From contig CM052817.1 of NCBI GenBank assembly GCA_028534125.1, positions 1,860,001 through 1,924,000 of the forward strand: a stretch of DNA of 64,000 bases, read 5' to 3'. The position numbers were made by a program, and so were the translations under genes. The notes beneath the pieces are model-generated. The model was not told where the DNA came from. It made no database searches and saw only the letters and a program-made list of their open reading frames with translations. Shown piece after piece: positions 53,888 to 64,000 of the stretch. How positions within the stretch are numbered: position 1 is the first letter of the stretch; the number at the start of each line of letters is the position of its first letter. Origin of the DNA: Lama glama (lineage: Eukaryota).

Positions 53888-54939
53888 GTGAGTCTCAGGG
53901 TCATTCCTTCTGACCCAGTTTCTTTGGGGGCTTGAAATTCATTCACAGAAGAAGCCCTTACGGCGACCATGTGAACGCTGGACGGGAGAGCCGACCTGAC
54001 ACAACTCAGTGCATTCTGTCACTGGTCCCCAAGCTGAAGGGCGACCACAGACGCTGCCTGGCACGGCCCGGCACCTGCTCCCGTGCCCCGCGGCACCCGG
54101 GAAGCCAGTCTTCCCACCGCCAGGCACCCCCGCCCCCTGCACCTCCCGCTTGCGCGTCTTTGCCTGAGACTCTGTTCCGGTCCGCGTCCCCCCTGCTGTG
54201 CGCCGTGGGCAGTGTCTGTGCGGAGGGAAGGGTGAACACGCGGGAGCGCGGAGGAGCTGAAGCTAGAGAGCGTTAGGGGCCTGGGTGCTGTCTTTTCTGG
54301 TGGGCTTCCTCCTCTCCCTGTGGGAAAAACTCCACACCTTTCATGTAAACCTATTCCAGACGTAGACGCGTAGCTTAGCTTTTCATGTACTTCCCGCCAA
54401 TTCAGGTATTTTACTCTGAAAATGGTGGCGAGGCAGATTGGGAGGGAGGCTTCTTGGCCGAGTGACTCCTTGTCACAGGCCCTCCGGGCTCTTGGCCCGG
54501 GTGTCTGGCAGGAAGGCCTGCCTGCAGCCTGTCCCACCAAGGTGGGAAGCAAAGGCCCGCCTGGCGGTTCTTGGCCATCTTGTTTTTGGAACACTCTTAC
54601 TTGGAATACCGAGATCCTGTGCAGGGTCCGCTGGCTTGAGAAACACGCTTTTGTAGCAGGTGCATGTACAGCCTGTGTCTGTCATGCTGCCTCGGCGCCG
54701 TCCTGGGTGCTGACGGCGTTCCCGTCGTCGGGATGAAGCACAGTCTTCCTCCCGCTTCTGCTCGAGGTCCTGTGACCGCACAGCCGTCCAGAGCAGCGAC
54801 TTCCCCTTGCCTGGCTCAGCTCTCCTCCAGGCGTCTACCTCGAGGCTGCGCGGTTCTGCCAGCCCTTAGTTTGTGATGGATGATTTCTTGCTAATGCCTG
54901 AGGAGCATGCAGACGCTCACTCCCTGCTTGGCCACCTTC

Positions 54940-55095
54940 TGGCTGGGTGGCCTCAGCGAGCTTCTGTCTCGTGCATCTGTAGTGCAGACAAGAACAGGAC
55001 TCACCTGCTGGGGCCAGCGCCGCATTATGTAAATGAATACATGTAAAGCACCCACGGCAAGCTGCAGGCTTGCCGTGAGTGCTCGGTGAGTGAGA
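54940..55095 (+). mobile_element. MIR SINE 3' part
   Basis: gtctcgtgcatctgtagtg...attatgtaaatgaatacatgtaaagcac...gagtgctcggtgagtg. Confidence 0.55.
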
Positions 55096-55979
55096 CCGTA
55101 TTTCAGTTATGGTTTGAACTTCCACCCGTCTGAGGACAGTTCAGGCGTTTCTCAGGTTGAGTCAGAGCAGCCAGCCCACTGGCGGGAGCACCTTCAGTGT
55201 GGGTTTGTGTAATTGTGCTCGCTCTCCTCGGCCCTGTTTAGGCCGGTTAATTTCACCCTGTCCAGAGGAAGAAGCTTGCTTGCTTTATCACCTTGATGGG
55301 ATGATACGTCTTAAAGATGATCCCTTAAGTCTTATTCAAGCCACCCTCGTGTCTCTTAGCTTGGGGCTCAATTCCTTAAGTCCAGCGGGAATTCCTTCTC
55401 TCTGGGAGGAAGTTGTCTGTACTGCTGAATCTTGTGGACGTGGACAGTGCCCACCCACGACCCTCCTCATTTGTCAGCTCAGCAAGTCACTTTCTGGCAC
55501 ACACTCTGAGCCAGACTCAAAGTGAGTAAGAAGCCGTCCCTGCACTTGAGGTGCAGCGCTTGTCACCTCGGGACGTGGGGTTTTCTCAGCATTCTGCCTC
55601 ATGACTTCTCGGGTGGGACCCAGAGTCCCATCAGAACCCCTCCACCAGCCACAAGAACTGCAGTCTTGGGGAACCATGACCAGTGATTACAACATGTTCT
55701 CTGCGCACCAGCGTAGTGACCAGCACAGGGTCCCGGGGAACCAGAGAAGCCAGAGCACTGGGCCCCAGTTCAAGGGGACGGCAGGAGTCCTGGCAGACTT
55801 GGGAGGACCGCTTTTTTGGATGGGATGAAGGTGGGAGGGTGTGCCGGCCGTCAGCCAGCAGCTGGAATCCTCGGGGCCTCCACGTCCCTGGTGAGGTGGT
55901 GGTGGGAGGCTGGGGAGACTGGGAGGGGAGGCAGCAGTCCCGGGGTGTGTTCCTGTCCTAACCACGTGTGTGTTTTCAG

Positions 55980-56167
55980 CTCCTCAGTGTGTTACTGCCG
56001 CCTGTGTGATGGTGGCTGAGATGGTGGAGTCCCTGCCGTCGGTGCTGGCCTTGGGTCATGAAAGGAGCCGCAGCACCCCGGCGTTCCTCACGCCGGTGCT
56101 CCGGAACATCGTCGTCAGCCTGGCCCGCCTGCCCCTGGTCAACAGCTACACGCGCGTCCCGCCCCTG
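55980..56167 (+). CDS. HTT: Huntingtin exon 52 (188 nt); contains the C-terminal NES-like motif [10 protein letters not shown]
   Basis: ttcag|CTCCTC...CCCTG|gtaggt; [62 protein letters not shown]. Confidence 0.96.
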
Positions 56168-57345
56168 GTAGGTCTGGGCCCCTCTTCACAGAAGCGCGAG
56201 ATCTGGGGGCTCACAGGAAGCCGCAGGCTCGGGGGTGCTGGAGGCTGAAGCCGGGTCTTGTCTGCGCAGGTGCCGTTTGTGGCGGCCAGGGCATCTGCCA
56301 CGTGCAGCCTTGACAGCTGCCTGGTTCCCTCGGGCGTGAAGTGTCTCGGCAGTTAGTAGAAATACTCAGTTTTCTCAAACGAGGTGAGGCGTTCCATCAT
56401 GAGATAAGACTTCACCTCCGAGGGCGCCGGCTGCGATTCTAAGGCCGTTTGACTAATCTGTTTCACGGGGGAGCAGAAGTTCCACCCCTTGAGCGAGGGT
56501 CCCCTGTAAGTAGCCACCTTTGGGAGTGCTTGTGGGTTTTAGCCGCTTTTGCAGCTTGACTGCTCTTTGAAAGTCTTCAGGGTGAGGTTCAAGTGGGCGT
56601 CGTTAATAGGCCTGGCTTCAGGTCACAGAGCCTGGGTGGGCAGGGCGAGGGCCAAGGGGGAGCTGGGCTGGCCTGGCCTGTCCCGGGGCAGCCGCTGAAT
56701 GGGGGAGACAGGGCGGTGGGCTGCCCTGTGTGGGGCTGGAGCCAGCGGGGGCAGGCCAGCAGGGCCGGGAGGAAGGCCCTTGTCACCGCCTGGAAAGGGC
56801 GCAGCCCCTGTGCGTGTGGAAGGTTCTGCAGGCGTGCCGGGGAGGCGACGTGCCTTAGAGCCCGGAGGTGAAGGGGGCTTTTCTGTGGGAGGTGAAAGTT
56901 CCCACTCAGGCTCATTCTGAGGAAAAGCCCAGCGGCATGATGACCCAGGAGCAGGGAGCTGTGGGCGAGTGTGGAGCCCAGCGCCTCCTGCTGCCTCCGG
57001 CTGGCCTTCCGTTCCTTTGCTCGTGGGAGCCTGGGTGACGCTGACTCAGCGTGACAGCTGTGGGCGGCCTGGCTTGTCCTGTGCTGCCCCCAGCAACGTC
57101 TCTGCACACAGTGGAGCTTGTCCTGACACCTGCCAGCTTCTAACGGTTGGAGGCAGCTGAGAACCCAGCACGCATGGTGCTGGCGGCGGGTGTGGGAGGC
57201 ACACCTACTGGCTTTTGGGAGTGTCTGCGTCCAAGAGGCGGTGGCCTCGGGAGGGAGGCTGTGCTTCAAGAGTGTTTTCTTGTCTTCCTCACAATCCAGT
57301 CTTCCTGACTTGACTCTGTCTACTGTTTCTTTCTCATCCTCTTAG

Positions 57346-57804
<459 letters not shown>

Positions 57805-59278
57805 TGACGCCCCTTCTCTCGTGGGCAGGACCAGCAGCCGAGGGGGCGGGAGCCAGCGTGGGCCGCGGGAGGTGGACTCTAGGGAGACCGCGCTGGGCTC
57901 TGCGTGGCGGGGCAGGTCTTCTTAGCCTCTGGGAGACACCCCCGGCTTTGTCATCCGTGCAGTGGGGACTGTGCCAGTTTCATGGAACTGCTGCAGATTT
58001 AGAAATTAAAAGATGCATCTAACCCAGCGCCTCAGGAAGCGGTAGCATCACTGGTTTCCTATCAGGATGCTTCTCTGCTTTCCGCAGCTTGGTGTAAGGG
58101 TTTGTCCCCACCTTACGGCTGGAGGTATGGCCCGGCGCATGTGGGGGTTGCCATCGGTGGATCCCTTGTGGCTCCGCCCTGTCGGACGTTTCTCAGCACG
58201 GCTGTCCCTGAGCGCGGCGTGGGCGCGCTGACTCCACGTCCGGCCGGCCCCCCTCTTCCGGCTCCTGCGGGTCTGTGCTTGCTTTGATCCTGGGAGGTTC
58301 AGGCAGCAGACACCTGATGCCCCTGCTTTTCCCTTAAGTCAAGCAGACGATTCCTCCCTGTTCAGAATGTCTGAGCAGCAGTCTGGTGCGGCTCCCTCTC
58401 GAGGCTTTCCTTCTTCCTTCTCCCAAGAGTGTCCCCAGGCAGCCTCCTGGTCCCCCACCCCAGCCTGACACCAGCTCTCTTGTCCGCCCCCGGCGTCCCC
58501 ACGCTGGAGCCGTCAGCCATACCCGCAGGCCCCGGACGGCCCTGTGGTCTTTTCCTGGTGTCGCCTTTGCTGTTGTCCTTGTTCCTTGTCTGCTTTTGTT
58601 CTGCGTAGACCGTCACGTCGGTCTGTCTGCATCTGTGCCCTACTGTCCAGTCTGTCTCCGTAGCTGAGTCTATGTCTGAGTCAGTCTACACCCAGCTTAC
58701 CAAGAACACCCTGAAGTCTGTCACTTTGCTTTCCCCGTCAGCACCCCCCATTCTTGTCACTTGTAACCTGAATGCAGGCGGCGTGGCACCCCCACCCCCA
58801 CGGTGACGAGTGGGAACGTCAGCGCAGCCCTCAGCACCGTGTGTGGAACAGCACTTGAGCTCAGCTCGTGCTGGCGCCGAGGACGCCTGTCGGGCGCCCT
58901 CCCCAAAGCCCTCCCGCTGCCCCGCCAGTGACAGGCCTTTCCCACCTGCGGTCCTTCCAGACGGCGTCAGAGGAGCCCTCGCTTTAACTTGCTTGCCTTG
59001 CACGCGGAGCTCCCGTGACACACACTCCACCACCCAGCGTGCTGTGCAGTGAGTGGTGTGTGCCCCGAGTCTGCACCCAGTGCGAGACACCCCTTTACTC
59101 CTCCGAGTCCACACAGCGGGGGTTGAGAAGGCACCTCTCCACCAGGCCACCTGGGCGAGGCTGGCATTGTGGCCGCATCCCAGCGCTGTCGTGAGGATTG
59201 AGGGAGCTGCTGTGCACGGAAGCTGGCGGCCCCGCTGCCATGACGTGTCCAGCAGTGTGAGCCGGGGGCTCTGCCTAA

Positions 59279-59533
<255 letters not shown>

Positions 59534-60104
59534 TGAAGCAGGAGCGAGCATCTGGCCCGGGTGCCCTCCAGTGCCTGCGGCTGGAGCACATTTGCCACCA
59601 AGCAGATCACTTCTGCTTCCCAGTGTTGGGGCGCAGCGGTTACGACATCTCATCCAGACGCAAGGCACACTGTGAAGGCCGCGCGCACGTGCCTGGGCTC
59701 GTTTGTCTTCGCTGCTTGGCAGAGAGGAGGCGTGTCAGGAGTCCCCGAGATTGTCTTTCACAGCGTAGAAGCTAACAGGTTGTCAAGTGCAGAGTCCCTA
59801 AAATCAGTGAGGATGTTAGGGACTCTTTCTTTATGAGTGGTTCATATTTGAAGGTCTGTGCCGTAGGAGACCTTGCTTTGAAAAGCAGGCGTTTGCCCAT
59901 GAGATTCACTTCCAGTCACAGCTCTGATGAACTTAACGCAGACAGAATAGGATCATGACCGGGAAGGCATGTCCCTCCGTGGCACACGGGGCCCCTGCGT
60001 GCAAGGCCAGGTGGCCTGACAGCCACAGCCTGCAGCATCTGCCTGCAGGTGGGCAGCGGTGGTCGTTGGCGTCACAACCAGGTGACGTGTGGGCTCCCTT
60101 CCAG

Positions 60105-60259
60105 GAAGACACGGAGAGGACCCAGATCCACGTCCTGGCCGTGCAGGCCATCACCTCCCTGGTGCTGAGCGCGATGACTGTGCCCGTGGCCGGCAACCCA
60201 GCCGTGAGCTGCTTGGAACAGCAGCCCCGGAACAAGCCCCTGAAAGCCCTGGACACCAG
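60105..60259 (+). CDS. HTT: Huntingtin exon 55 (155 nt)
   Basis: tccag|GAAGAC...ACCAG|gttcgc; [52 protein letters not shown]. Confidence 0.95.
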
Positions 60260-60349
60260 GTTCGCCCACGTTGCTGCATGTCTCCAGGGCCCCGCCGTGG
60301 TGGGGGCAGAGGGGCGCCAGGGTGCCCTTTCCTCTGCTGCCAAGCTTAA

Positions 60350-61045
<696 letters not shown>

Positions 61046-61802
61046 TAGATCTTGCAGGCTTAAGCGTCTTGAAAGCTCTGCTTGGAAGAGCTACTCTGTG
61101 GAAAGGCGGTGTGTGCGCCCCAGACTTTGACGGGCACCTAATTAAACTGAGGGCCGTGACCCTGGATGGTGTGGGCCCTCGAGGAGCTTATGGCTGATGG
61201 GAGAGATGACAGGCATCACTGGCCAGTGCAGAGGCAGGAGGGCGGGTGCGGAGGGGGCATGGGACGAGGAACTCTGGGGAGAGCCCGTGCCTTTGGGGGG
61301 AGGGGCAGGCCTCTTGGAAGCGGGCATCTTGGTGCTGGCGAGGTTGGAGGGCAAAATGGTGCCTGGCAGAAGGAAGTGAGGGATCACTTAGGGGCATGGA
61401 GGGTGTGAAAGACAGTGAGGGGTTCGTGGGAAGATGGTCAGCCTACACCTTGCTCCTGGTGGGCTCGACTGGACAGTCCGGGCACCGAGGCCAGTTCCAG
61501 GAGGTGCTGACCACAGACTCGCCGTCTGGCCCCAGGGGCTCGCCGGCTGGATGGCTGCTTCATCCACAGCTCCTCACTCTTAGGCTTTTGTAGCTCAGCC
61601 CACGGCCGGTTCCCATTTAGGGTCTGAAGCTGGTTTGTCATGGAGAAGAAATGACAATTGAGTCACCGCTGCTCCACTGGTCCTTCCCACTTAATGGTCA
61701 TGAAGCAACAGAGAAAGCCCTGAGCTCCTTGGGCCGGACCAGGCAGGGTGGGACGCAGTCCTGGTGGCCGGGGGTGGCACTGACTGCACTGTCGCCCCAC
61801 AG

Positions 61803-61885
61803 GTGCCCTCATCAGCCACGACAAGCTCCTGCTGCAGATCAACCCCGAGCGGGAGCTGGGGAGCACGGGCTACATGCTCGGCCAG
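61803..61885 (+). CDS. HTT: Huntingtin exon 57 (83 nt)
   Basis: cacag|GTGCCC...GCCAG|gtcagc; [28 protein letters not shown]. Confidence 0.96.
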
Positions 61886-62102
61886 GTCAGCCTCGCCGCC
61901 CCCTTTTCCTCTGCTGCCTGTCCTCGGCTCGTTGGGCTGGTTACGTCTGGAGGAAGGTTGAATGCATTTATAAATAGGAGGAAGGTTTGCTTTAATTTGT
62001 TTTACCTAACATTCTTCAGTCCCAGGAGGCTCTAAGGTGCTTTCCGTCTGTAATGATAAGCGTAAGTGGAGCAGCGAGTGAGCGTCGGTCTGTGGGGGGA
62101 AA

Positions 62103-62144
62103 GGGGGACGTGGGAGGACGTGGGAGGACGTGGGGGGACGTGGA
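62103..62144. repeat. G-rich 10-bp tandem repeat (ggacgtggga), about 4 copies
   Basis: gggggacgtgggaggacgtgggaggacgtggggggacgtgga. Confidence 0.85.
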
Positions 62145-62870
62145 GCCGTCGGAGGGGACATCCCAGCGGACAGCCTGGCGGGAGGCGCGGTGGCACAGCC
62201 GGTGTGGCGGGGGCGGTGGCTCCTGGTGCCAGGTCGCCAGGTTGATGTTTACTGGGAAGGTCACTGTGCACTGCGTCCAGTTCCTCCAGAAAAGTGGGGA
62301 CAGTCGGGCGAGGAGGGTTCGGTGTGGCACTGGGCTGAGGCTGGGTGCTGCTGTGAACACGGGCTTCCTCTCAGCACCGTGCTGGTCCCCTTAGAAAGCA
62401 GGGTTCTGTTCCCACACCGTGCTGCCCCCTTAGGTTCTCCCCCAGGGGCCCAAGTGCCTCCCTACCCTGCCCTCTCGGGATAAGCGTATCACCCTTTGGC
62501 ATCTGTAGGGAGCAAACAATTCAGAAAAATGGGGTTACCATAAATGACTACCAGCGAGAGGGCCAGTTTTGAAAAGAAATCCCATGTTCGGTTTCAGTTT
62601 TTGCCGACTCCCTATTCCGATGTCCCTCAGGAGCAGAAGTGTCCTTTCTTAGAGACTCCTCAGCCGCACCTGTGTGGCTGACTGCCCCTCATTCTGGGTC
62701 TTTAGTCCCCAAGGCGGAGCTCTCCAGCTCTGCTCCCCCATCTGCCCAGAACCCCTGGGTCTGGATGAGCCCTGCTAGGTGGTGGGGGCCCACTCGCCTC
62801 GGGCCTGGGGCCGTACCTGCAGCTCAGTGGCCCAGCCTCGCGGAACCTGCTGCCTGGCCCTGAGCACTGA

Positions 62871-63316
<446 letters not shown>

Positions 63317-64000
63317 TGACGGCCCAGGGCCTCGTCCACACTGTCTCCCCGCGGGCCGGTGAGCAGCGGCCCCCCGACCGCCAGCCCCGGAGGAGCGTTG
63401 ATGTGGAGCGGTGGTTCTCCAGCGGTCGGCCTGGCGAGTCCTTTCCACCCTTGAGATTAGTGGGGACCCCAGAGAGTGCTGGTTCCTGGGGTGACACCCA
63501 CCAGTGCTTGCAGAATTGGGAGGTGTTTTAAAACAGCTCCTTACCCAGCGCTGGCCTCTCTGGGTCACTCGGCTCAGCCAAAAGGAGAGTGCCCGGTGAC
63601 CGACCATCCTCGCTCTCTGTGCAGCACAGGGTTTTGTTTTCTGCCTAAAGATGTCTCTTTTTGGTAATGATGAAGTTTGTTTTTTTTTAAATTCTGTTTT
63701 TCTCAATATTCCTTTAAAGGTTTTAAGTTGTTTTAGATCTGTTTAAGTTGAGATTTTTTTAAGAACTTTATTTTTAATTTGCAATGTAAGTTACAAATTG
63801 ATTCAAAAAAGTCGACAAGCGGCAAGCACTGCTAAAGATCTTAGATTGAAAAAAAGAAGTTATTCATTTAAAAATAAAAGTAATAACAATTACTATTTAA
63901 AACAAATTTAAGTAGTGAGAAGAGCCTTGTTGTACATTTTTGCAAGTCTCTTTAACGTCTGGCTCATCAGAAGTCAGCTGGCTGCTCCCATCTGCTCTGC

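Overview
This is mammalian genomic DNA covering the middle of the huntingtin gene (HTT) on the + strand. I mapped 41 consecutive coding exons, 19-59 in human numbering, all GT-AG. They splice into an intact 5,607-nt (1,869-codon) frame, roughly human residues 832-2703 (end of N-HEAT, bridge, most of C-HEAT). Neither the start codon/polyQ exon 1 nor the stop codon is in the window. A tRNA-derived Vic-1-type SINE indicates a camelid (camel/alpaca). The introns contain L1, L2, MIR and MER3 relics, small tandem repeats and one 160-N assembly gap. I found no evidence of a novel gene or multi-gene system; the many short ORFs in the track are GC-rich intronic noise or exon fragments. The most noteworthy observations are: (i) two L1 fragments that look like one element split by the block carrying exon 41; (ii) a strong AT->GC substitution signature in an intronic L1 and in the protein (many Ile->Val changes), suggesting GC-biased gene conversion; (iii) the orthologue of the human drug-inducible intron-49 pseudoexon, which keeps its acceptor but lacks the GT donor; (iv) a stop-free in-frame 126-nt intron 43; and (v) a rare GAG acceptor at exon 39. 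All comparisons with human HTT and repeat consensuses are from memory and need alignment to confirm.
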